64,000 bases of DNA from Lama guanicoe (taxonomy: Eukaryota), in contig MU054049.1 of NCBI GenBank assembly GCA_013239625.1, forward strand, positions 507,015-571,014. Reading direction: 5' to 3'. Both the position numbers and the translations under genes were made by a program. The notes below the pieces were generated by a model that saw only the letters and a list, made by a program, of their open reading frames with translations, was not told where the DNA came from and did not search any database. Shown here piece after piece: positions 25,301-40,300 of the stretch. The stretch's first letter is position 1, and each line of letters opens with the position of its first letter.

Positions 25301-28300
25301 CACTCCAGGGACTCTTCTCCAGCCCACCAGCCCTCAGGAAGCAACCTGGACTCACATTAACATCGCTATCTCTGTGTAATATTGCAAATGTCATTTCAGA
25401 GCCAACGAACGGATACTTTCTCTAAAAACAATACAAGTAGACATTCCATAGAGCTTATTGAATACAAGCACTGTCCTGAGAGTTTTCTGTGTGTAAATCT
25501 CTGGCTATGAAACAGTCAAGCACACTGTGATGCCTCTGGGCTTCACTCCAAGGTTTTCTAAACGGTCTGGTGGGCGAGTACATGGTATTGCACCATGGAC
25601 TAAAAAGGGGACTGTTAACGAAAGGATGGAGGGATCCCACCATATGGCTAAACCCAGTCCTCCTGCCAGTGAGGCTGCTTGGAGAAAGCATCCAGCCAAA
25701 AGGCACGTCTTTTGGGGGGAGTTCCATTGCTGCATCTTCATCTCTCAGGTATCTTCCAGGATCTTGCCTCCGAGGCCCAAGTCCTCTGTACTGGCTTCGT
25801 TCTCTGAAATCTCCTGTGGTCATCTAATAACCTAAAAGTCTCTTTTTCCATCCAAAACCCCATTGCCCATTCAGGAGTCTCCTGGGGCTCCCTTCTGTAA
25901 ATTCTCATCCTGTGGTGCATCTTGTCTGCAAGAAATTCTCACCTGTTGGCTTCCGGCTTCCCGCAGCCTCACACCTGGGTCTGGCTTGGCTTAGGAGCTC
26001 CATCTGTGCCCTTGCTCTTTAGTGCTTCTTCTTGGGCTGCCCTCTCATGTGGGCTATGGTGGCAGCAGCCCTAAGCATCATCTGTGAGGCTGTCCCCATA
26101 CCCTTGCCTCAGCCATCCCTTCACTCAACAAATACTTATCAAGGACCTGGTATATTTTAAGCTTTGTGCTACGAATAGAATGGTAGGTACAAGTAGCATC
26201 TTACCTTTGTGAGGTTTCCATTGTAGGAGGGAACGGGGAGAGGGGAACAGACCATGAGGAGATAAACAGATGAAATAATTCCACAGAGAGAAAGACTAGA
26301 CGGAACAAGTAGACAAGGTGATGCATTACCACATGACTTTGGTGTTGGGGACACTGGAGCTGGAGTGGTCCCGAGAGGTGCCTCCGGGAGGTGACATTTG
26401 AGCTGCAACTTGAAGGTTGAGAAGGCGCCAGTCTTGGGAAGAACTTTCCAGACAGAGAGAGTACCAGGCACAGAATCTCGGTGCTTGGCCAATTCCAAGA
26501 TCAGAGGGGCAGGAGCACGGGGTGATGGAGGCGAGCAAGGGGGCCGACAGGTGTGAGGGGAGGAGCAGGGCTGGCCGAGCGCCCTTCTGCCGGGCCTCTC
26601 AGGCCAAGGAGAGGAGTTTGCATTTTTGCCCGGGAGCTGTAGGAAACTCGGCCAACCTGCTAGCTTGCAGCAGAAATGCAACCCACACTGTACAAAGCCA
26701 GGCAGAAGCCTCACTGACACAGCCACGGGGCTGAGTACTAACAAGAGAAGAGAGGGAAGTGACTGTGCCTAAGGGCCGGAGTCTAACACCTTATCTCATT
26801 TAAACCCTCACCAGTCCTATAAGTGGGGAGGACTTTTCTCAAGGGCAAGGCTCACATCTGTCCCCTGCCCCTCAGGAACAACCATGTCCAAGACATCTGG
26901 ACATTTGCACAGGGACAGTCACCGAGTCCCAGCTGGCGGATCAAGCCACCCACTCAAGGGCGTGCCTTCTGCATTTATTGTCATGATATTTTATAGTGTT
27001 TGGAAAGCACTGGCTTCTGAAGAAGTAAGGATCTCTCTTGATCCTGATCATCTCTTGACTGGCTGTGTAATGGCTTTTGGGCAGTGAGATTGTAGTCACA
27101 TCCCCGCATTCTGCCCTCATTTAGCTCCTCTCCCTCACTCTCCACCAAGGCACCAATGATGATCTCTGGTCTTAAACTCTGTGTGGTTGGCGTGATTTAT
27201 AACCCTCTGCAGTGCCCTAGGAGACACCACAGAACGGGGACGGAATTTGGACCAAGATCTCTGGAGCTGCAAAGACCTTTCTTAGCTCAGGACTTCAAGG
27301 GGCCACTGCCCAGGAATAGAGGGCATGAAGGTGGGAGTGACTGGGGGAGACCTGTACAGTGGGGACAATGTGCACAGCCTCTAGTCTCATGGGGACAGGC
27401 CACTGGGAGCCACTCCCTCTGTGAAACTCTCCCTGTTCCTCAGACACCTGGTTCCCCCTAACTTTCTCAGTATGCTTTCTCCTTCTCACTGTCCCTGAAA
27501 TGTTGTCCCTTGCAATTCTATCTCAGACCTTGTAATAGCTTCCTGTGGCTGCCAGAGCAAGTTACCACAAACTTGGCGGTTTGTAGAAATTATTATCGCA
27601 GAGAAGTTCATTTCACGGGGCTGAGATCGGTGTTGGCAGGGCCGCCTTCCCTCCAGAGGCTCGGAGGGAGGCTCTGTTCCTTGTCTCTTCCAGTGTTTGT
27701 GGCCATCAGCATCTCTTGGCTAGTGGCCACAATCACTCCCATCTCTGCCTCTGTAGTCACCTCACCTTTTCCTCTTCTGTCTGTTTGAAATCTCCCTCCA
27801 CCTGCCTCTTTTGAGGACACTTGGGATTATAGTCCACCTGAATAACCCAGTATAATCTCCCCATCTCAGGATCCTTTAACTTAATCACCGCTGCAGAGTA
27901 TTTATTTGCCATTTAAGGTAATATTCTCAGGTTCCACAGATCAGGATGTGGATATCTTTGGCGGGGGGCGGGGAGGGGGTGTACAGTGGAGGGAGGCATC
28001 ATTCAGTCTATCAAAGCCTCTTTTTCATTCAACACTGTCTACCTGTTGGCTAAAAAAAGACATGAGCTTAGGGAGGCTGAATCCCCCAGCCAGGATATCA
28101 GGCTGTGTGAGCTTGAGCACAAAGCACATACTTAACCTCTCTGAGCCTTGGTTTTGTCGTCTGGGAAGTAGGGCGCATCATGTCAGCTCCCTGGGAACGT
28201 TTGGGAAGATTATATTAAAGTGTTCAGTATATGAAAGGTGCTGAGCACATCTGATTTCCCTTCTCTTTCCATCTCTGCTCCAGCCAACTTAAAATCCCTA

Positions 28301-31300
28301 TTTTAAGCATCAGGGCTGCTGAGTAGCTTCCAACTATGAGATTGTTAAGATATGGTGTTAATTGTTTCCATCTGTCTGCCAGGATGGAGGCGCTATAAAC
28401 TTCCCATTTTCAACCTTAGCAAAATTCCTAAAATATCTCAATGTCCCCAAAATAGACGCCACGGGGAGGGATGAGGGAAGGATATGGGGCTCCCCAGGAA
28501 TCAAAGCAAAGAATGATCTTTGTTTCTCTCTTCCTCTCATCCGATGTGTCTCCCTTCATTTCTTCTCCCTTCGGACATTCATTAAAAACCAACCGCCTGC
28601 ACTCAGACCAAGATCTGAGCAAAACTTTCCGGAAGGCAAATGACATCTTCCCCACCAGGAGGTCTCATCTGGGTTCTGTTTAAAGAGGTAAAGGGGCCAG
28701 GGCTTTCCAGACCTCTCCCACAGGGAGCTCCTTGAAACCTGACCTCCAGCAGGCAGTGCATGAAATGTCATCGCTGCCACATTTCTCCACACAGACCCTG
28801 CCCTGCTCCCTGATTTAAATACTGGCTGCAGCATAACATGACCTTGAACCAGTAAACTCCTAAAATCTCATTTCCTTCATCTACAAAAGGGAGGTGATAC
28901 TTCCTACTTTACAAGATGACTGTGAGAAACAGAACAAGCAAATGGAAAAAAGGCAACTAGCAGACGGCCTGCCTTTCCTCACCTCCAAGGTGGAAGACTG
29001 CTCTTCTAGATAAGAGACTGGATACAGTGTCCAGAAAAATATTTAGAGTATTCTAAATATGATCACTCCCATCTTCCACTTTCACATACCATCTCCCCAG
29101 TACTTGCCACGTTCATTACCTAATGAGGTAAGTGGGTTTCTTTTTTCAATCTAAGTGCATTTACTTAAAAAGGAAACTGTAAATACTTATAGCAAGTGAA
29201 AAATTAGTATTATTGGATATAAATAGAAGGTAATTAAAACGAATTTTTTTAATCATTTAATTCTTGCCAGATAGTATTGCCTTCCAAATGCTCGGAGCCT
29301 GAGGTCTGATCTTTCACTGTAAAAGGAGCAATTCGTTCGAGAAATGTAAAGGGTCTATGTTTCTGAACGGACTCTCTTCTTGACATAATCTGAAGAATTG
29401 AAGTGAAATGTCAGAAACGTAGCTCAGTGTTACTAACGCAGCTTGTGTTCCACGTGTGTTCTTCGGTCCTGCCTATCCTTTGGAAAGTACTGTTTCATCC
29501 TTTTCTAAGGCTTCAGGGGCCAGTTATAATGTATAATGTTCAGAAGGGATTGATTGAATCCTCGCCAATTTTACTTTAAGGCAATACTTTCTAAGGAGAA
29601 CAACCCTTTACAGTTTACATAGTTTTCATAAAACTGTGTGGTTCCTGCGAAAGTCCTTCAAAGAGGGCAAAGCAAAATGATCCCCATTTCTGGATGAGGC
29701 AAAAATGATCCTTATTTCCGGATGAGAAACTGAGAATTTAACTGACTTAAGGTCATAAAAGTCACAAGGTTAAACAAGGCCATTTAAGTTTCTAAATGAG
29801 AGACATTAGTTGTAAACTAATAAGATTAATTAAAGCTATATGTATTTAAATTAGCATTCAATTTATTTGGGGGGTTAGTAATTAGATTGATTTATTTATT
29901 ATTTTTTTTTATTTAATGGAGGTACTGGGGATCGAACCCAGGACCTCATGCATGCTAAGCATGTACTCTACTGCTGAGCTCTACCCTCCTCACAGCATTC
30001 AATGTACTGATGTTGTGAGTTTTTAAAGCTGCTTTGTCTTAAACCTTAAATTCAGTTTTAAAGTATTATGCTCCATTCATCCAGTGATTGATATAAAAAA
30101 GAACCACTTCACAGGATATTTGATGAATGCTCAACTAATTCATAATATAACTGTCAGGGAGTTCTCCAGAGAACCAGTAGTAATTTGCCCACTCAGAGAA
30201 GTCTGACCACATACTGCCTCCCCAGATCTCCTTGTGACCAATTTTTTAATCATATTCTTTCCAAGTCCCTGACCATCCAGCTAAGTTATTGGCCACGGCC
30301 GATGAATCAGTATAGATTGGACCTCCGGCCATTTCTCCTCCCAAGAAAAGTCAGAGGGCTAGAGAGTCGATATGCCCCTAATGAAGGATGCCAATGGTAT
30401 ACTGCTGGTCTTGACAGTGGAAAGCAAGCTGCTTCTGGTGGTCCTTATGGGTAGGAATGGAGAAAAAGGCATTTGCCAGATCAATAGCTACAAACTGGGT
30501 ACCAGGGGATGTGCTGATTTGCTCAAGCAATGAAACCACATCTGGGACAACAGGAGTTATAACCTGATTATGTTTACAACAATCTACCATCATTCTCCAA
30601 GATCCATCTGTATTCTGCACGGGTCAGATAGAAGAACTGGACAAGGATGTGATAAATATCACTACCCTACATCTTTAAGTCCTTGGTGGTGCCACTAATC
30701 TTTGTAATCCCTCCAGAAATGCAGTATTGCTTTTGGTTGGCTATTTTCTAGTGGCTTTCACTTGGTCTTTCCCAGAACAAGAGCCCTCACTCCATAGGTC
30801 AGGGGGCCAATGTGGGTGTTAAGCCAATGACTAAGCATACCTATTCCAATTATGCATTTCAAAACTGGGTAAATAACCACCGGACGGATTTGAGTACTGT
30901 CTCAGTCAGTTTGCGCTGCTCTAACAGAATAGACTGGGGGCTTATAAACAACAGACATTTATAAACAACAGACGTTTATTTCTCACAATTCTGGGGGCTG
31001 GGAAGCCCAAGATCAAGTTGCCAGCAGATTCAATGTCTATTGAGAACCCACTTCCTGCTCCATGAATGGCCTTCCTTCCACTGTGTAGCTTAGCCAAGCT
31101 GACACATCATAAATTAAACATCATATCTATGATTGACATATTAAATACTCCTAAAAATTAACTCCTTTTTCAAAATTAGGTAATTAAATTCCCTTGAACA
31201 TTTGAACTGCATTTTAAACTTTAATACTTTTTTTATTGAAGTATAGTCAGTTTACAATGTTGTGTCAATTTCTGGTGTACAGCACAATGTTTCAGTCATA

Positions 31301-34300
31301 CATGAATATACATATATTTGTTTTCAAATTCTTTTTCACCATAAGCTACTACAAGATATCAAGTATAGTTCCCTGTGCTATAGAGTACAAACTTGTTAAT
31401 CTATTTTATATATACCAGTCAGAATCTGCAAATCTGGAACTCCCCATTTATCCCTTCCCACCCCCTTTCCCCACTGGTAACCGTAAGTTTGTTTTCAATG
31501 TCTGTGAGTCTGTTTCTGTTTCATATATAAGTTCATTTGTCTTTTTCTTTAGATTCCACATATGAGTGATATCATATGGTGTTTTTCTTTCTCTTTCTGG
31601 CTTACTTCACTTAGAATGACATTCTCCAGGGCCATCCATGTTGCTGCAAATGGCATGATTTTAATATTTTTATGGCTGAGTAGTATTCCATTGTATAAAT
31701 ATACCACAATTTCTTTAATACTTTTAATTAAGCCAAAGCCAAGTTACAAACCTATCAGGCCAAGTCTTCTTATATACATACACGACTCCTATAAATCCAA
31801 TGAATAAAGGTGGAATATCAATTCAGGTTCTTGTAAACATTTCATATTTTGTGGTGCTGATGCAATTAATATTATGTTTATAATTTCAAATTCTAATTAT
31901 CAAGGAATTGTTGACTTTTTTAAAAAAAATTTAAGGGACGAGGTATTAGATTTATTCATTTATTTATTTTTAGAGGAGGTACTGGGGATTGAACCCAGAA
32001 CCTCCTGCATGCTAAGCATGCGTTCTACCCCTTGAACTATACCTTCCCCAATAGTTGACTGTTTTTGAGTTGAATGTGTCTCTGTATACCTTCTACCCTT
32101 AAATACTGTTTATAAACTTAACTAATTACATCCTTACAAATTCACATTAAATCACAAGTCAGGCATGCTGAGTGTTCTCTAATATGTCGTAATTTCTTAA
32201 ATACTTCAAACATCTTAAAAATAAACCCATTTCTTTATGATTACAAGGCTGATCCTTAAAGGAATATTATAATTGTTAATGCTCTGTCTTTGTCTTCCCA
32301 AACTTTTGTTTCACTTCCCTAGTGGAAGCTACCGGGTCTAAATATTTAGTTTATGGATGAGTTTCAGAGATTCTGGACCTGGGTCCAAGGTTTTGCAGAT
32401 TAACTAGCTGAACTTTTAGCTTTGGGACTTTTCTGTTCTACAACACAACCTCTTACAATGGGTGGTGAGCACTTTTTCATAAGCTTTATTTACCTGAGTC
32501 ACATTAATGGGATGCATTGCTGCTCATTCTGATTATAATTAAGTGCTCTGTCATCCAAGTTTCACTGTTAAGACTCTATACCCTCTTCATATACCTTTCT
32601 TATCTATCCCCTGTACTTATGTTATTGACCGCTTCTCCACAGTTCTTTGATGTCCCACAAGTGGCTGAGAATACTCAAATACCCGACTCCTGTCCCAACA
32701 GGCCTGTGCTTCCCCAGGCACACTCCCTGCCACAAGTGAAAGCAAGAGGACAAGATCCCATGTGACTATCATCAGGCCGTGTTTAAATTCTGCCCTTACG
32801 GCACCTTCTTTGGACAGCCTTCTTCTATTTGTCTGGAAATTGTTTGGCGTTCTATGCCGATTTCACAGCATGTGAAAGAAAAATTGGCTTTTCCTGAATC
32901 GCTCCCATAATCGGCTCACTGAATAGAAGAGAAAGCCCAAGACTAGAACTTCTGTCCACAGAAATGCAGTTCCTGTAATGTTTGTGGTTACAAATCCCAG
33001 AGACAGGAGGATGAACCATGCTGTGATAGGTAAATGTCTGTGTAATGCACCAGTCCTCTGCCCTCGGCAGCTCCCTGTAAGCGTCATGCTCCTGGTAGGG
33101 AGCTCCGTTAGGAAGGAGGGTCAGCGACCATAACTTTCTCTTGACCTCTAGGGCACTGATTAACAATAGCAATAGCAATGGCTACCTATGTCAAACCTAC
33201 AGCATGCCTTATAAGTAAATATGTGCACATAAACATTTCTCTGTAAATAAATACATATGTGTATGTGTATGCATATATCATTTAAGCCACTTAACAACCT
33301 GCTATGAAGTAACTATTAATGTGAGCATTTTACCTATTAGGAATCCAAAGTTCAGAGAACTGAAGTCACATGCTCAAATGCACACTGTTGGTAACTAATA
33401 GGGATTAAATTTAAAGCAGGTCACTGAATTCTAGTTAATGATATGCATGTTGAAGTGTTTGGGTATGATGTCTGCAACTTTCTTTGGAATGCATTGAAAA
33501 AATAAGATGGAGGGGGAGGGTATAGCTCAGCAGTAGAGTATGTGCTTAGCATACACGAGGTCCTGGGTTCAATCCCCAAGTATCTCCATTAAATAAATAA
33601 ATAAACCTAATTACCACCACCTCAAAACAAAATAAATAAAAGATATCCTTAAAAAAAAAAGATGATAGATGATTAAAGGATTGATTTGCAATCAAGCAAA
33701 TATAAAAAATATGACTGATGGGATTTAAATGTTAAGTTGTGTGTGTTCACTGTACAATTCTTTCAAATTTCTTGAATATTTGAAAAATTTTACAATAAAA
33801 TCATGGGGTGAAGGATATAAAAATCAGTCTGTCTAGCGCCAGAGCTCTTTACTATACTATGCTTCTCTGACTAGGAAAGGATTTGGTGAATTATGTGATC
33901 TCTCTTAAACAAATTTAAAACAAGAAATTGATGTAACTCACACACAGCTAGACAGAATTGAGGTCACAAGCATTCAGAGCACCATCAGATTACCAACCAA
34001 AAGGCATTTAAAGTAATTTGAATCTTTATTGCAGGCTCTTTTAAAAATATCGAACCAGGGGATGTGATACTTTTAGAACACCCAGAAAAAAATTCCAACC
34101 ATTCTCCCTTTTTTCTCACCTCCTTGGTAGTGTTCCAAAGCTAATGTCACCTCTCACGCAACCTATACAAATGCTCTCTCTTCCTAACCCTCTCCCTTTC
34201 CTTCTTAATCCATTATGACTTCCCCCCCTTTTTTTAAAATCTTTTTCTCCCCTTCAATCATCCTCTAATAAAAATAATTCCAGGCCCGTTGAGGCTTAAA

Positions 34301-37300
34301 TATTCTTCAGAGGGACTATTTAGTATCAAATCAATCCTCCCACCCAAGATAATTAAGAATACTAAATAAAAATTTTTAACTCTATTTGAAGGCATCAAAG
34401 AGCTATTGGTATAATAAGGACTTGAGAATGGCACAAAAAAGATGACAAATTCCCAGTATGGGTGAGAATGCTGAGCTACTGGAAATCTTATGTATTGCTG
34501 GTATGTGGGTAAATTGGTTCAACCACATTAGAAAACTAGTTTTAATGATCTGCTAAAGCTGAATGTATACATTCACTATGATCTAGTGGCATGCAACTGA
34601 AATACATATGTGTGGCCCCAAATGATGTGCACAAGCATGTTCACAGAAGCACTATTTATAACAATCCAGAAGTGGAAACAATACAAATAGCCATCAATTA
34701 TATAATGGATCAAATGTCACCTCTAACAGAAAAATACTAGACAGCAAAAATAAATAAATAAATCACTAGCACAACATGCAATGACATGGGTAAATATGAC
34801 AAATATATTAAAGGACACAATCTGGACAAAAAATAATACAAGATTCTATTTATATAAAGTTCACAAAGCAATCTAGGTGTTAGAAGTCAAAACTGTGGTT
34901 TTGGGGAGAGGGGCATATTGACTTGGAGGGAAAAAAAGGGGTACTTCTGGAGTACTGTTAATGTCCTATTTGTTGATCAGGACAGTGGTTAGATGGGTGT
35001 GCTCATAGTATGTTATACTTTAATTAAAAGTTATTAAAATATCAAGAGAATTCTAAATCCAGCATTATTGTTTCATTCATTCAGTCCATGAACACTGACC
35101 ACTTACATGTAAGGCACTAGGGATGTAGCAAATCCCTTATGAAGGGAAGCTTATGTTCTAGTGGGGAAGAAAAATGAAAGAAATGGATAAAGAAATGACA
35201 AACTATAAAAATAGAGAGTGATAAGTGCTCTGCAAAGATGAAAGCATGGGAGAGTGAATAGCTAATTACTTTAGAGAGAAAACTTCTCTAAGGAGGTAAC
35301 ATCCAAGCTGAGATCTGAACAAGAAAGAGAGCCTTGCAAAGATGGCAGAAGAGAATTGCTGAGGTCAAGCCTCATGGCAGTGATGAACTGGTGTATTTGA
35401 GGAAATGTAGGGGAGGGGATTATAATATCTTGATTCAACCTTACTAAAAACTGCTGTTGAAATCATGACAATGTCAATGGTACTTAATGAAAGACTGAGT
35501 AAAGAAATCGTTGACCCGTGTTTGAAAGCTTAGGATTAGAAAGATAAGGGGGGGTGGGGGAAGATTATTGATTTACTTACGAGGTATTATAGAATTTAAG
35601 TTAAATCTATATGTATACTACATTTTATTAAAATTGAGATTCTGACTCAGTACTTGTTTATTTGCTTTAATAGTTAGTCTACAATCTCTGTGACTTACAA
35701 CCTGGAAACTGTATGTTTGGAAATTCTAACCACAGTTGTTAGAAGGTTTGTTGTAAAGAAGCATGTTTGTTTCACCCAGAGATGACAATAACGTTTGCAA
35801 TAGGAAGTTAGTGTGTCCAATCCTGTAATTAATAATTACATTATGTAACTAATTCACTGTGACTGTAAGGCTTCTTCACACTTTACACTGCCTGTGTATC
35901 TATTAAAAATGCATCCACAAAGAGTCTCTTAAAGGTTTTGTCTGTTTAAAATTTACTTTTGGAATATCTTGTAGTAACCTATGGTGAAAAGAATATGAAA
36001 ACGAATATATATATGTTCCTTTATGACTGAAGTACTGTGATGTACACCAGAAATTGACACATTATAAACTGACTGTACTTCATTAAAATTTTTTTTTTAC
36101 TTTTGGAAATAAGTGACTCTAATCAATGGACTTTGAAACACTACACAGTATCTCATGCCTCCACATACCTATAAGGTGTGTTAGGTGATGGTCCCAAGAT
36201 TCACTAGGCGGACTCAAAAGACTCAGTATATAGTCATAGTCTGTTATTATTTAATACAGAGAAAGGATAAAAATTAGCAAAAACTGAAAGCTGCATAGGG
36301 TAAATCCCAAGAAAATCAGGCGCAAGTTTTCTGGAGTCCTCTTTTAGTCAGGTTACAGAAGATATGCATAATTCCCTCAACAGTGAGTTGTAACAAAATG
36401 AGTGAAATATTGTCTACCAAGAAATCTCATTACCCAGGGTTTTTATTGGGGACTGACCACATATGCACACTTTCCCTAATTCATACCAAAATTCCAGACT
36501 CCCAGAAGGAAAGTGTGTATTGAGCATAAACCATATTGTTTGCACCATCTAGGCACAGATAACCACTCTTATCAGTCAGGGTGGGAGAGACTCTCCCAAA
36601 AACCAAATTCCCAGACATCAGCCAAGGGCCAATCTTGCAAGCAGGCTTTTTCAAAGAATAGCAGTCAATCCTGCTATCTTGTCTTTTGTGCACAGCAGGC
36701 TTATACGGCTAGTGTACAATGGAGGAGAGGTAGAATGGAACAAGATGAGACTAGGAGGTCAGTGGAGCTCACATCATAGAGGAGTGTTCAAGCCATGGGA
36801 AGGTATTTGGAATTTTGCCAAATAAAACGTCATATTAACAAAGACATCGTCTGTCAGGGTTCATCCAGATTCATCCAGGATAACAGAAACTCCTCTAGGT
36901 CTTTCAATGGGAAAAAAGTTAACACACAAAACAGTAATTGTATAAACAGTGGAAGAGCTGCAAAGCCCAAACAGGGAGTGATTATGAAGATGTCCAGCAC
37001 ACATGAAGATGGCTGCAAGCAGGTGACTGTCATAATAGAAGTTATACTTTTAAAAGATCACTCTGGCTGCAGGGTGCATGGTAGAACTGAAAGGCTCCAA
37101 TATTCTTCTAGCATAAGTTCCAGAAGAGAATGGACAGATAAGAAAGGAGGAATATTTGAAGAAATAAATGAATAGATGAGGGTTGTGCAGAGTTAAAGAA
37201 ATGTGAGTCCTTAGATACAAAGTGCATTCAAGAACCGAAAAGGATAAATCAAAATAAATTCACGCCTAGACACATTCATTGCATTAACACTGCAGAACAT

Positions 37301-40300
37301 CAAAGACAAAGTATGTTATCAGATATAAAGATAGATTATCTACAAAGCAATTACATTTGTCTTAGAAATTTTATCTTAACAGTAGCATATAAACTAAAGA
37401 AAGAAATTAGGTACACATCTCAAAAATTGAAATCCAATCTATAGTTTCCAAGTCAGCAAAGGATTATAAAAAGAATACACATGTTTATCAATCCAACAGA
37501 AGGCAGAAAAGGGAAAAACAAAGAAAAATAATGATAAATAAATCAAACAAAATAAGACCAAACACATCAATAATACATCAGGAATCAATAAATGCAAAAA
37601 AATTAAATGTACCCACTCAAAGACTGAATTTGTTCTTTAGCAAAAGACACCAACCATTAAGGAGTAAAATGATAGCCTGGGAGCAGGGACGGGAAGACTA
37701 TATCTGTAATACATATATCAAAAAAGGAGTTTTATCTGAAATGTATTTCTGAAACTCCATTAATCAATTTTAAAAGAATAGATCCAACAGGAAAAAATGG
37801 GCAAAAACTTGAACAAGCACATCCCAAAAGAGAATACCCAAGTGGCCAACAAACATATACAAATGTGCTCAATTTTATCAGTCATCTGGGAATTCCAATT
37901 AGAATCACAACAAGACACCACTATAAACCCATCAGAAGGACTGAAATGAAAAAGACATGAAGGACCAAGTGCGGGTGAAGAGACAGAATAACTGGAACCA
38001 TCATATCTCATTGGCAGAAATGTAAATTAGTACAATGACTTTAGACAACTACCTGACAGTATCCACTAAAGCTAAGCATATGCCTCCTCCACAGCCCCAG
38101 ATTTCTACTCTTCCATATATACTCAACAGGTTTATGCATGTCCACCAAAGGCATGCAGTGAATGGACATAGCAACACTGTTCATAGTGACGCCAAATTGG
38201 AAACTACTCAAATGCCTATAAATAGTAGGATAGATAAATAAATTATAGTACACACACCACACAATGTAATGTTCTACAGCAATAAGATTGAACAAACTAC
38301 AACTAAATGCATCTGGTAAGTAGAATATTGAGCAAAATAAGCCATGCACGAAGGTACACTCCGTCTGATTCAATCCGTATAATTAAAAAAAAAAAGGTAA
38401 AACTAAATTTTCCCATTAGAAGTCTGGGTAGAGGTTACCCTTAGTGAAGGGATAGTGGTGGAGATGGTACAAGTAAGGCTTCTGTCATGCTGGTAATGTT
38501 CTGTTTCTTGATCTGGGTGCTGGTTATGCAGATGTGTTCACTTTGGGAAAATTCATTAAGATGTGCACTTATAATTTTTTGTACTTTTCTTTACTTATCT
38601 TTAATGTTAAGAAAAAGCTTTTTAAAAAACTGAGTTCATTAGATTAGAGGGAAAAGAAAGTCCTGCCAGAGTTGTTTAAAAGAAGCCATTTAAAGCAAAA
38701 TTGTTGCCGATAGATGCAATTGGTGTTCCAGGTTCTTGCCCCGTCCCAGAAAGAATTCAGAGACAAGATGTAGTGGCTAAAAAAAGTAAAGTGAGGATTT
38801 ATTATAGGATGGATAGTACACTCTCAGGGGAGAGCGGGCAGGCTCAGGTGAGCAGCTGCCCTGAGTTTCTTTGGCAAGTTAGCTACATAAGGTGTAAAGA
38901 TGAATGGGCAGAATATTCATTGGGGAGGGAAGGGTTTGGGGTCGTATTCCCTGATTATCATCCCAACTCCACCTTCCCAAAGGGAGGTGGGATTTTTGTC
39001 CTTATTTAGTCTCGATCAGAAGTGTCATGGCGTCGGTGCATGATGGGTACTTCTGATCTGCAAGGCTAATTTTATTGAAATGAGGGCATAATGAGCAAAA
39101 GGTTACATTCAGACACTGGAAATTCCTGCCTTTTCTCACCTTTCCTTGTTCTTCTCCAGGCCACTTGTCACCCCAAAAAGCATGATCCCTTATCAGCCCA
39201 TAGGTTCCTGGTTTTCTTTCTTTGCCCAGGGACCCCTGGTGCTTCCATGATGTGTGGTTTCCTGTATTTGGCCTGTGCCCCTCCTTTCTGCCCAATTCCT
39301 GTCGTTTGGTCTGTGTCCCCCTTTCTTTGCTCACATCTAGCTATCTGTCTGCTCTAACAAAATGACAGGGAAGTTGAAAAGACAGAACTGAGGATAGGAA
39401 TGCTATGGAAGCACACTAACCAAAAGAAGCTAGCACAGCAATATTAATGAGACAAAAGTCAAATTTTTCTCAAAATCATGACCAAGAAAACCTTTAAAAA
39501 AAAACCAGTCATGAATTTAAACGCACCAAAAATACAACCACAAAATCTATAAAGAAAACATTGACAGAATTACCAGGTGAAATTTATAAAGGGATAGTCA
39601 TAGGAAGAGATGATAACATATTTTGCTTAGAAATTGGTTAGACAGATAAAATAATGATATTGAAGATCTGAACAATAACATTATTTCTTCTAATAAATCT
39701 ATGATCAGCAAATATATTTCTGTTATATAAATTATTACTTACATGATTGGTAAATAGGGGAAATGAAGTCAATATAATATGGAAATAACACTGGTAAACA
39801 TTTACTTAGTGTTTTTCCTAGAACTGAGATGTTTTGCACCACCAAGCAATAACAACAAGGTCAAGTAACAAAGTTGAATTTAGTAAGCCAATAGGATACT
39901 GAACTTCTTTCCCCATTCATTTCTGGTACTCCATCTTCATGCAGTGCATTCTTTCACTCTGCTTTGGAAGTATTCTGTCTTAAAGTTTTCTCTGCTCTTT
40001 GCGCATCATTAGCCAAATGTTAAAGTCCAAATATTAAGCATGCAAAATGGTTTGAAATTGCCACAGAACCGTGCTGTGGCATAATTTCTTTTGGCAAGTG
40101 TAAGAGGAGACAGGTTTTAGCAATGAAAGAAAAGTGTGAAATTCTAAAGCATTTTTTTCAAATGAAAGAACATGAGACATCCCTTGAGCTACTGAATCAA
40201 GGGCATCAACATTGTTGCACACAATTAGAGACAGTTTGAAAATAAAAGAAAGTTATCTAGCTAGATCAATGGATTACTAGTTCAAAAAAAAAATCTAAAT

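Noticed and set aside
26169..26744. 191-aa minus-strand ORF
   Set aside because: Lies in L2-like sequence; no recognisable domain or splice support.
29672..29726. 27/28-bp imperfect tandem duplication (also a 17-bp one near 30942-30976)
   Set aside because: Two-copy slippage duplications inside old repeats; no spacer structure, not CRISPR-like or functional by any visible sign.
30378..30620. Reverse-transcriptase-like ORF as a functional or domesticated gene
   Set aside because: Lacks the YxDD motif, is flanked by stops and frameshifts, and sits in a deleted ERV-L.
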